A DNA stretch of 44,155 nt from Chiloscyllium plagiosum (lineage: Eukaryota), in assembly GCF_004010195.1 (NCBI RefSeq), contig NC_057751.1, positions 4,435,246-4,479,400 of the forward strand. The letters are read 5' to 3'. The notes under the pieces are model-generated. The model was not told where the DNA came from, did not search any database, and was given only the letters and a program-made list of their open reading frames with translations. The position numbers were made by a program, and so were the translations under genes. Below, one piece after another: positions 1 through 9,985 of this stretch. The number at the start of each line of letters is the position of its first letter. Position 1 is the first letter of the stretch.

Positions 1-330
1 TTTGGCTTCAGCGGTGTAGAGGTCAGTGCACCAGACTACCACTGCGCCCGCTTTATCTGCTGGCTTGATGGTGAGGTCGGGATTGGAGCAGAGGGGGTGG
101 AGGGCAGCGCTTTGTGAGGGTGAGAGTTTGGAGTGGGGGAGGGGGTTAGACAGGTTGAGACGGTTAATGTCCCGGCAGCAGTTGGAAGTAAAGGGGTCAA
201 GGTCCGGTAATAGGCCAGCGCGGGGTGTCCAGGTGGATGGAGTGTGTTTGAGGTGGGCGAAGGGGTCCTTGGAAGGTGGGCGGGAGTCCTGATTGTGAAA
301 GTAAGCTTGGAGGTGGAGACACTCTGCCTG
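1..330 (-). mobile_element. Penelope-like element (PLE), fragment of the RT N-terminal region, runs off the window start
   Basis: The minus strand translates to ...SKLSPSQSAALHPLCSNPDLTIKPADKAGAVVVWCTDLYTAEAK. IKPADKG-x-VVV is the typical motif just before the PLE RT core. Confidence 0.8.
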
Positions 331-422
331 TATTCCTGATGAAGGGCTTTTGCCTGAAATGTCGATTTTCCTGCTCCTTGGATGCTGCCTGAACTGCTGT
401 GCTTTTCCAGCATCACTCTAAT
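331..422 (+). mobile_element. Penelope terminal repeat with hammerhead-like motif, inverted relative to the adjacent ORF
   Basis: Near-identical to the 3' end of the Penelope copy at 38420-38511. Contains CTGATGA-A-GGGC-TTTT-GCCT-GAAA-TG-TC (336-363). Confidence 0.75.
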
Positions 423-429
423 CAAGATC

Positions 430-1050
430 CTGCCAGCATTTGGCCCATATCCCTCTAAACCCTTCCTATTCATACACCAATCCAAACACCTTCTAAATGA
501 TGTAGTTTTGTCCACCTCCACCACTTCCTCTGGCAGCCCATCCTATACACACACCACCATTTGCATGAAAAAGTTGTCCCTTAGCTCTGTTTTAAACCTT
601 TCCTTTCTTACTTAAAACCTATGCCCTCTCGTTTGGACTCCCCTACACTGGGACAAAGAGCTTGGTTTTCCACCCTATTCATGCCCATCATGATTTTATA
701 AACCAATAAGGTCACCCCTCAGTCTCTGACACTTCAAGGAAAATAGCCCCAGCCTATTCAGCCTCTTCCTATAGCAGCTCGGCAACATCCTTGTTAATTT
801 TTTCTTGAAGCTATTTGTTGAAGCTTAACAACATTTTTCATATGGCAGCAGGACCAGAACTGAATGCAGTATTCCGAAAGTGGCATAACCAATGTCCTGT
901 CCAGCCGCAACATGACCTCCCAACTGCTGTACTCAATGCGCTGACCAATAAAGGGAAGCATACCAAACGTCTTTTTCACTACTCTGTCTACATGAGACTC
1001 CACCTTTAAGGAGCTACCAATCTGCACTCCAAGGTCTCTTTATTCGGCAA
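430..1050 (-). mobile_element. CR1/HER1-like LINE 3' fragment, decayed
   Basis: ORF 794-1027 reads LRLDRTLVMPLSEYCIQFWS (CR1 RT C-terminus). Matches the reverse complement of 39640-40210. Confidence 0.85.
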
Positions 1051-1304
1051 GTTATTAGGTGCTGAGATTCATTGGTGAGAGACAGGCTTGTTGGTACTCA
1101 ATGACCTCGAAGAAGTTCTGTCTCTCCTGATATTGACAGCAACCACTGCAAAGCAGCAATGCACACTGGGCAAATGGGCAAGATATTGGCCCTTAAATCT
1201 TCAGGTTAAGGTTAAATAGAAATTGGTGTGTGTCCAAATCCAGATTGGAAACCATTAGCAAATAATGAGCAGAAAACACAAGACCCGATGACCACAAAAT
1301 CAAA

Positions 1305-1545
1305 TCCAAAAGAATTGCAGATGCTGTAAATCAAAATCAAAAATAAAAGTTGCTGGAAAAGCTCAGCTGGTCTGGCAGCATCTGTGGAGACAAATCAGAG
1401 TTAACATTTCAGATCTGGTGACCCTTCCTCAGAACTCAGACTTCCAGTTCTGAGTAAGGGTCACCAGAGTCCAAATTGTGAACTCGAATTTCTCTCCACA
1501 GATGCTGCCAGACCTGCTGAGATTTTCCAGCAACTTCTGTTTTTG
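1305..1545. mobile_element. Palindromic non-autonomous Penelope-derived element with two inverted hammerhead-bearing arms
   Basis: Arms at about 1340-1436 and 1446-1545 are imperfect reverse complements around a 9-nt spacer. They share the gatgctgcc-gacctgctg-ttttccagca tail with the PLE end at 38470-38500. Confidence 0.75.
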
Positions 1546-2269
1546 TAAAAAAAAGAGACAAATTGGTTTGTACTTCACCCATTCACTGCATGAACATACA
1601 AGTGTTTTTATGCTCCTTTGATTTTCCCTGAAATAGTGACTGAAGAACACCTGCAGATTGTAAACACTCCTGAATATGTAACTTCACATTGAATGACTTC
1701 TAACTAAGCAATCCACTGAACGAGGACTCTTTCACAACATTTACTGAGCTCTTCTTAAAGGGATGACATGACAAAGATATGTAGCTCCAAAATGGAACAA
1801 ATAAACCTGTATTCCATATGTAATGGGGTTTAATGTGTTCAGAACTATATTGAGAGTGCCATCAAAGCAGAAACTTGATTCCTCCTTTCCATTGAGGAAC
1901 GTAGTACATGTCACAGGGACAAAAACATTTCAACAAAGTATTTCATTGATTGAGTGCTACTGGATAAAGACCAGTTAATTCTTACACATTTGTTAACTCC
2001 AGTGCACTTCCCTTGCTTCCAATAGTAGCTGCCAAGATATACTGCCATACCAGTGAGACCCTCTGCACTTCCGATTTAAATTAATTCAACGTCTATTTTT
2101 ATGAAGCCTCTCAGAGCCAAGCTTCCTCCTTTCCTATTAGATTTTGACTCCTGATTAACAAGATTCCAGTGTAATGTCACACCTATTTGCACTGAAATCC
2201 TGGAACCCCCACCACTTCTTTACCATTCTGTGAGTATTCCCACACCACATGGACTGTAGGAGATCACCA

Positions 2270-2505
2270 TCATCAACTTTATTTCTCACTCAGAGGATGG
2301 TGTGTATGTGGAACAAGCTGCAGAGAAACTGGTAGAGGTGGGTACAATTACAACATTTAAAAGACATTTGAGCAGGTACACAAATAGGTAAGGTTTAGAT
2401 GGATATGGGCCAAATGCTGGCAAATGGGATGCAGTTCGGTTTTGGATATCTGGTCGGCATGGATGAGTTGGACCGAAGGGTCTGTTTCCATTCTGTAGGG
2501 CTCTA
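2270..2505 (+). mobile_element. CR1/HER1-like LINE 3' end
   Basis: Matches 40065-40295 (ggtacaattacaacatttaaaag...ggaccgaagggtctgtttcc). Confidence 0.85.
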
Positions 2506-3689
2506 TAATTAGAGAGGAGTGATAAATGCTAGCCCAGCCAATGCCACTGCCATACCAAGATCAACAACAATAAATAAAAGTGGTAACCTCAGCCCAGAAT
2601 CATATTGTCCTCATGATGGTGACAGCCAACTCAAATCTGTTTGGCCGTAACATGGCAGAAGCAGCATAGAGGCACGTGGAAAGCTTGCTACACACACTCA
2701 GTGAATGATTGACACGGCTGAGGGGATAAACTGGGTTACAATTGGTCCTCTGCACCAACCAGTTACTTCTCCAAGGTACAGGGCATTGAGACTCTTTTCT
2801 AGCCCCAGCTGGTTCAGTTCTTGTGCCCTTCATCTTTCCCCTGCAAATTCTCACCTCGCTAAAAGTTTATCAAGATTTGGTAGGTTAAAGGGAGTCCCAT
2901 TGTAAAGTGGTCTTTGTCCCTCTCCAGTAGTGCAGCTGCTTAGCAGCATTCAGTGTTAGTACTGATGGTCCAGTTTAATGCATCCTTAATTATATTCACA
3001 ACAGCTCTCACTCATTATGCAGTGGCTATTTGGATACAGGAGGCTTCTGACTCATTAGCTTCTGAATACAACTATAAGCTAATCACAGAACTGGGCTTCT
3101 TCTGATCAGTAGCCTGGAATTACAAGGCTTGTGTATTACTGGTGAGTCTGTGTACCAAACCTGGTATTCCCACTTCTCTCCCAGACACCCATACCACATC
3201 CTTAAGGATCAGATTGTCTATAATTGGTCAGATTGCCTTTTTGTAGGCCCCTCATTTCTCCAGGTTGAGTCTGAAATCTCTGCTGTAGTACAAACCATAG
3301 GAATCTGGCAGCAACCCTTGTCAGTCATAGTTTGCCTGTCAGTACTGTTGCCACTCACACCTCTCGACATTTTCAATTGGTCTGCTCACTGGGCTCTACA
3401 ACATCTGGGAGGCAAGGAACAGATTTTCTCTGTGAAATGCCATGAGTCAGGTTTTTAAATTCATTGGTTCAGGAAGCCTGGGACAGTTTGGCCCTTCATG
3501 AAGCAGTCAAACCCCGTTACCAATATAACATTCTCAAGTAGCACCTGGTTTGGCAGGGCACAAACTCCAACAGCAAGACAGAAATGGCTGAAATATTTAT
3601 TAGACAACACAAGCTTATTGTAATGGTGGAAATGGGGGGTGTCATTCAGTCTGTTCCACGAATCAGCCAGACCTTGTGGTTAGGTTGTC

Positions 3690-4150
3690 ATAGACTCATA
3701 GAGATGGACAGCACAGGAACAGACCCTTCAATCCAACTGGTCCATGCTGACCAGGTATCCTAAATGAATCTAGTACCTTTTGCCAGCACCCGGCCCATAT
3801 CCCTCCAAACCCTTCCTATTCATATACCCATCCAGATGCCTTTTCAAAGTTGTAATTGTACCAGCCTCCATCACTTCCTCTGGCAACTCATTCCATAAAC
3901 TGTCTGTGTGAAAATATTGCCCCTTACATCCCTTTTAAAATCTTCCCCTCTCATTTTAAAACTATTCCCTTGGGTTTTGGACTCCCCTACTTGGGGAAAA
4001 AGACCCGTTAATCTTTTCTGAACCCTTTCAAGTTTAACATCATCTTTCCAACAGAAGGATGATCAGAATAGAATGCAGTATTCCAAAAGTGGCTTAACTA
4101 ACGTCTTGTATAGCTGAAACATGACCTCCGTACTCTGATACTTGATGCAC
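3690..4150 (-). mobile_element. CR1/HER1-like LINE 3' fragment
   Basis: Reverse complement of the CR1 3' end seen at 39720-40300, with internal deletions. Confidence 0.85.
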
Positions 4151-4624
4151 TGACCGTAATTTGTCATTCAGCTCTATCTCCTCTCCACCGCCCAATTGGA
4201 CTCTACTCAGTTTGGAGGACCCCAGTAGATTCCTCTCAGGGCAGAGAGAGAGAGACCATTGCTGGTTTTCTATGGCTATCTCTATGACGAATTCTTCCTT
4301 GATCTGCCTATTTCTGACTTGAAGATCCCAGTATTCTTGCTCTCAGAGCAGAGAGAGTAGACTCTTTCTCTCACGAGTGTATGGAATCTCTTTACAGGCT
4401 TTCAAACACCTCAGTTGAAATTTTCCTGAATCTTAGACACAGCAACCAACAGTCTCCTGCTCTGAAGGCCTGGCAGTTATCCCTATGGGAGCACACTTAT
4501 GGCAGTGCCATTCAGGCAACAGAGAAATACTGCAAAACAACACCAGCAAAAGATATTTGAAGCTGAACCTAAGAAGTGCGAAAGTAAAAAGTCAGTTCAT
4601 CAGAAGAAACAGGCAGCAAACAGC

Positions 4625-5270
4625 ACCAGGGTCCATAGATTCAGAACAAGGGAGGCTATTTTGGAGCTGTCCAGGATTTCGGTTAGGCCACAGCTCCACA
4701 GTTCTGGTCACCACACTGTGGGAATGATCTGGAGGTACCAGTGTTGGATTGAGTTGAACAAATTTTTAAAAATCACACAACACCAGGTTATAATTCAACA
4801 GTTTTCTTTGGAAGTCCAAGCTTTTGGAGCACTGCTCCTTCACCAGGTAGCTAGTGTGATTTTTAACACAATAGGAGCGGGTGCAGAGGAGATTTACCAG
4901 GATGTTGCACAGGGCTGGAGTGATTCAGCTACCAAGAGAGACTGGGATACCCTGGGGGTGTTTTCCATAGTGCAGAGAGGGCTGGTCAGGAAGGGTGGGG
5001 ACTGATTTTATTGAGGTGTACAGAGTACTGTGGGACAGGGTGGATGAAGAGAACCATCTTCTCCCTAGTCAGAGAGGGACAGTCAATAATTAAGGAGTGC
5101 CATTCGAAAGCAAGGAGCATTGAAGGGGATTTGAGGGAAAGACTTCTCCCCCCCAAAAGGTGGTGGGCTGCCTAAAAAAAAGTTGTAGAGGCAGGAACAC
5201 CTGAAGGAGTGACCGCTTGAAAGGCCAATAGCAGACAAGGCTTGGGGAGGGGGGCTGGGAGAGAGTATTA
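4625..5270 (+). mobile_element. Old CR1-like LINE 3' fragment, interrupted at about 4735-4855 by a hammerhead-bearing repeat
   Basis: Decayed CR1 motifs such as gtgcagaggagatttaccaggatgttgc and ggggtgttttccatag. Confidence 0.65.
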
Positions 5271-5277
5271 GAATTGA

Positions 5278-5508
5278 TAACAAAAGAGAAAATGCTGGAA
5301 AATCTCAGCAGGTCTGGCAGCATCTGTAGGGAGAGAAAACAACTGACGTTTCGAGTCTAACTGAGCCTTACCTCCCTGTTTCTCCCTTTTTTTTTTAGCT
5401 TTCACAAAGGGTCAGCTCTTTTCTCTCCTTACAGATGCTGCTGAGATTTTCCAGCATTTTCTCCATTGGTTTCAGATTCCAGCATCCGCAGTAATTTGCT
5501 TTTATTAG
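5278..5508. mobile_element. Palindromic Penelope-derived element just upstream of the NEFL promoter, decayed
   Basis: aaaatgctggaaaatctcagca...gcagcatctgtagggagagaaaa (5290-5340) is mirrored by ttttctctccttacagatgctgctgagattttccagcatttt (5419-5460). Same family as 1305-1545. Confidence 0.75.
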
Positions 5509-5756
5509 AATTGGGTAGGTGGGGTAGGGTGTCGATGGACGGAAGGGCCTCTTCCTCCTGCGTGGAAGGCTGTCTGACTGTCTGGGATAAGCTGGCGAGG
5601 AGCAGCTGAGCTGGCTGCAGCTTCCCAGGCACGGTGTGGGGTGGGGGGTGGTGGCCAGATTTGGGAGGATGTATTGCAGTGTCAGGTGGGGAGGGAAGGG
5701 GAGGATCGTCAGAGCGCTGGGAGGGGTGGGGAGGGAGGGGGAGGGTTTGGGTCTGG

Positions 5757-5762
5757 TATAAA
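5757..5762 (+). promoter_or_regulatory. NEFL TATA box
   Basis: TATAAA 63 bp upstream of the ATG in a G-rich promoter. Confidence 0.8.
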
Positions 5763-5782
5763 TGGGGGGCGTGCAGCTCTCT

Positions 5783-5809
5783 CGGAGCACACCCGAAGCG
5801 GACAGCGCC
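5783..5809 (+). promoter_or_regulatory. Candidate split RE1/NRSE in the NEFL 5' UTR
   Basis: Perfect right half GGACAGCGCC (5800-5809). Degenerate left half CGGAGCACA (5783-5791) with an 8-nt spacer. Confidence 0.45.
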
Positions 5810-5819
5810 AGCACCAGCC

Positions 5820-6845
5820 ATGAGCACCGCGAGCTACGAGTCGTACTTCCACAGGAGGCGCTATGGAGACAGCGCGGCGCCCAGGAGCTATGGAGCTGTC
5901 CAGCATTTCAGGAGCAACTTCGGAGGCAATGTCAAAGCGGTCTACAGCTCTTACTCCAGCCCGGCCTTCACCGCTAGGAAGGCCCACAGCATCTCGTCCG
6001 CCCTGGACACCTTCGACCTGAGCCAGGCGAGCGCCGTGAGCAGCGAGTTCAAGGCGGTGCGGACCCAGGAGAAGGCGCAGCTGCAGGAGCTGAACGACCG
6101 CTTCGCCAACTTCATCGAGAAGGTGCACGAACTGGAGCAGCAGAACAAGGTGCTGGAGGCCGAGCTCTCCCTGCTCCGCCAGAAGCAGGGCGGCCCGTCC
6201 CGCCTCAAGGGCATCTACGAGCAGGAGCTGCGGGAGCTGAGGCTGGCGCTGGACGACGCCCGCCACGAAAGGCAGGCGGCGCAGAACGAGCGGGACCACC
6301 TGGAGGACAGCCTGAAGAACCTGCAGGCTCGCTACGAGGAGGAGCTGCTGAACCGGGAGGACGCCGAGGGCCGCCTGATGGAAGCCAGGAAGGGCTCGGA
6401 CGAGGCGGCGCTGGCCAGGGCCGAGGTGGACAAGCGGATCGAGAGCCTGATGGACGAAATCGCCTTCCTGAAGAAAATCCACGAGGAGGAGATCGCCGAG
6501 CTGCAGGCTCAGGTGCAGTACGCCCAGGTGTCGGTGGAAGTGGACATGGGCAAGCCGGACCTCTCCTCTGCCCTGAGGGAGATCCGCTGCCAGTACGAGA
6601 AGGTGGCGGCCAAGAACATGCAGTCGGCCGAAGACTGGTACAAGAGCCGCTTTGCCGTGCTGGCCGAGAACGCCTCCAAGGACAGCGACGCGACCAGGCA
6701 AGCCCGGGACGAGGTGATCGAGTACCGGCGCCAGGTCAAAGCCAAGACCCTGGAGATCGATGGCGTCCGGGGAATGAACGACGCCCTGGAGAGGCAACTG
6801 CTGGAACTGGATGAGAAACAGGGAGGCGAGATCAGTGCCCTACAG
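5820..6845 (+). CDS. NEFL: Neurofilament light chain, exon 1 (head and most of rod, 342 codons)
   Basis: The ATG is in gccATG context. MSTASYESY... head, then DLSQ...[36 protein letters not shown]. Ends CAG|gtaagg, phase 0. Confidence 0.97.
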
Positions 6846-7089
6846 GTAAGGGGAGGGCGGAGGGGGCACACAGGTTCACCGAGAGAGTGATACACACAAC
6901 ACTCAAGGAGGGTGTGTGTGTGTGTGTGACACACTGACAGGACACAGGCACCTAGCCAATAGAGCCGAAACCTTCGCGCTTTTGGGAGGCAGAGTTACAA
7001 GGGATGAGAAAGGGTAACGGGGTGGGGTCACTGACCATCTTTCTCTCTATTTCCCTCCCCCCTCCCACCCCTCCATCCCATTCCCACAG

Positions 7090-7214
7090 GATGCCATTAG
7101 CCAGCTGGAGAATGAGCTGAGAACCACCAAGAATGAGATGGGCCGCTACCTGAAAGAATACCAGGATCTCCTGAACGTGAAGATGGCCCTGGACATTGAG
7201 ATCGCGGCGTACAG
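7090..7214 (+). CDS. NEFL: Neurofilament light chain, exon 2 (125 bp)
   Basis: cccacag|GAT GCC...; [44 protein letters not shown]|gtaagg. Not present in the ORF track. Confidence 0.97.
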
Positions 7215-8112
7215 GTAAGGAGTGACACCGGGAGAGGCCGCTGGAAACTCCCGAGAGCTGGGAATGTTCCCTCCCTGGGCGGACCGAGTGCCATGCGCCC
7301 TTTCACTCCAGAGCTGAGCCCCCCACCCAGTGACCGAGCGGCTCCTCCCCCTCCCCCAGCCCTGCATTGCACCAGTTGGGTGTGGCACAGGGTGGAGTAT
7401 AACTCCGGTCTGGCGCAGTCTTTCTGCAATCCTCGGCCTGGGCCAAGTATCTGTCTCAGCTTTTACAAGAGGACAGACCTGCAGGTTGAAAGATACAATT
7501 TCATTCGGGAAGGAGAGGTTTGGGATGGGCTGGGGGGGTGGTGCAAGACAGAGGCTAAGAGGACGTGATAGCCTCAATGCGTCAGATACAGGTTTACCTC
7601 TACTGTCACACACTACAACAGCTCCCCACCCCACCCACCCCCCACTCCCCATCATTCCCAACACTGATCCCTGTATCGGCCTTTCTCCCAACAGTGTCCA
7701 TTGGGTTTCAGAGGGGACAGGATTTGCGGAGTGTCTTTTGGAGGGGTTTTGTTCGTGAACAGCGAGAGCTAATGCCGTGAACAGAGTTAAAACTGACATT
7801 GGATACGGGTCAGTTCCACAATCAAAATACACCGAGTGTTTCCTGCGTAGAAAGCACATTCACCGGCGTAAGGACATCTCAAAAGGAAATCAAATGTAGA
7901 TGTTCATGCACAAGAATAAAATCTGCATTGCAGGGCTCCTGGGAAAGAGCAAGGGATTGACCCCCTTACTAAGCATTGGCATAGGCAGACAGGGCCAAAT
8001 CTTTGCACAAAGCCCGGAGGATTAAAAGGTAACAAGGTGCCAACACCTCGGAGCTGCAGTGCAGGTTGGGGAATGATCTTATCGTTGTTGTCCCTTTCTG
8101 TTCCGTTCTCAG

Positions 8113-8375
8113 GAAACTGCTGGAGGGAGAGGAAACACGCATCACCTACACCAACGTGGGCAGCATGATCAGCGGCTACTCTCAGACTGCTGCCGCCCCG
8201 GTGTATAGCCGCTCCAGCTACTCCCTTCAGAGTAGCGCGTACGGCCTGTCCAGCAGAGCCGGCCTGTACAGCTCCTATCCCAGCAGCAGCCAGGTGGAGG
8301 AGGAGCTGGTTCAGCAGACCCGCTCATTGGCTGCGCAGCTCCAACCTCCAGCAGACAAGGCGGAAGACATGGAAG
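8113..8375 (+). CDS. NEFL: Neurofilament light chain, exon 3 (rod end and tail a)
   Basis: ttctcag|G AAA CTG CTG GAG; KLLEGEETR...YSQTAAAPVYSRSSYSLQSSAY; ends GAA G|gtaaga, phase 1. Confidence 0.95.
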
Positions 8376-8664
8376 GTAAGAACCTCTCACCAGGCCAGCC
8401 GTTCTCTAAACCAGGTGCCAACTCAATGACTGGCACAACTGGGAGCCAGAAGGGATGGTCTTGAAGTGGCATTGGAGGGTGCCACTCCCACAGCAGGAAC
8501 TGGGCAGGGACCAGGTCTCAAATGAAATGTGAAACTCAGGTTCTTTCGAGTCCTGTGGCAGACATGAAAGGAAATGCCCCATTGGTCTTTCATAAGAGAT
8601 CAGGGCTACTTTCAGTCCTCTCCAGGGCCGAGATCTATCTCACAACAAGAACCATTGATACAGT

Positions 8665-9100
8665 CACAGAATCATAGAGATATACAACATGGAAACAGAC
8701 CCTTCGGTTCAACATATCCATGCTGACCAGAGAACCCGATCTAGTCCCACCTGCCAGCACTTGGCCCATATCCCTCCAAACCCTTCCTATTCATATACCC
8801 ATCCAGATGCCTTTAAAATGCTGTAATTGTACCTGCCTCCATCACTTCCTCAGGCAGCTCATTCCATACACATACCACCCTCTGTGTGTGAAGAAGTTGC
8901 CCCTTAGGTCTCTTTTATATCTTTCCCCTCTCACTCTAAACCTATGCCCCTCTGATTCTGGATTCCATTTGGCCCATATCCCACTAAACCTTACCTGTTC
9001 AAATTTTTTAAAAATCTTCTAATTGTACCTGCATCTACCACTTCCTCTGGCAGTTCATTCCATGTACAAATGACCCTGTGTGAAAAGTTGTGCCTCCCCA
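8665..9100 (-). mobile_element. Two tandem CR1 3'-end fragments in NEFL intron 3
   Basis: Reverse complement of the CR1 3' end. The block ttggcccatatccc...gtgaa-aagttg occurs twice (about 8757-8900 and 8966-9090). Confidence 0.85.
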
Positions 9101-9346
9101 ACCCAGTCCACAACAAAGCAAAGGTCAGGTTTAAACTGTAAGCATGTTTCCATGCTGTATATCTCTATGACTCTGTGACTGTATCAATGGTTCTTGTTGT
9201 GATGCTGTTTATGTTGTTGGGCACCAACGTTGACTCTCATGTGTTCATGATCTTCTGTCTGCAATGCAGTCTTCATTTAGACAATGCAATCTTCAGAGGG
9301 AACATGCTTTGCACCAAAATTCTATCTTGATTTTTTGAATTTGCAG

Positions 9347-9588
9347 GTGAAGAGGGGGAAGGAGGAGAAGAAAATGGTGAAGAGGCAGAAGCAAAGGAGA
9401 ATGGAGAGGAAGAGGAGGAAAAGGAAAATGGAGAGGAGGCAGATGAGGAAAAGGAAGATGAGGAGGAGGAGAGCGAGGAAGGAGGTGAGGCTGAAGGAGA
9501 GAAGAAAGAGGAAGAAGAGAGTGAGAAACAGGAAGAAACTGAAGAAAAAGGAAATGATGCTGATAAACAGAGTGCAGAAAAGAAGTAG
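9347..9588 (+). CDS. NEFL: Neurofilament light chain, exon 4 (Glu-rich tail b, TAG stop)
   Basis: tttgcag|GT GAA GAG...; GEEGEGGEENGEE...DADKQSAEKK*. The four exons total 1656 bp = 551 aa plus stop. Confidence 0.93.
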
Positions 9589-9979
9589 ACAGGCCAAAAA
9601 AGGTCAACAAGGTATTGAATTCAAAAAGTGGGTAAACTAACTCCAGCCATCCAATCAAATCTGAGCCAAAGATACAATACAAAGATGATCCAATGAAAGT
9701 TTATGCTTTATGTGTTAAGATTGACTCCTTAAATAATTTAAGAAAAAAACAAAGAAATGCTTGTGCAGATTGCAAACTTAATGATGTGTAAGCATGGTTA
9801 ACTTTTGAGGAATGCAAGCCATGTGGTGTACAGAAATTCTAAAGTACCTGGTTATATTATTGTATCATTATGCAGTCGTTGTAAAACAAGGATCAATGTG
9901 CAATTATCTAGAAAAGTAATGCAGGACAATATGATACAAGTTTGTCACAGGGTCAATCACAATGGATGGTGCAATCAAC

Positions 9980-9985
9980 AATAAA
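9980..9985 (+). terminator. NEFL polyadenylation signal
   Basis: First AATAAA after the stop codon, followed by the GT-rich tttgtctggttt at about 10006-10017. Confidence 0.75.

Noticed and set aside
5634..5819. Upstream extension of the 418-aa ORF
   Set aside because: It starts at a non-ATG codon and spans the TATA box. The real start is the ATG at 5820.
5709..6797. 362-aa minus-strand ORF
   Set aside because: Antisense shadow of the GC-rich, coiled-coil NEFL exon 1; no independent protein features.
9284..9682. Lys/Arg-rich and Leu/Phe-rich ORFs
   Set aside because: Alternative frames and strands of the purine-rich NEFL exon 4.
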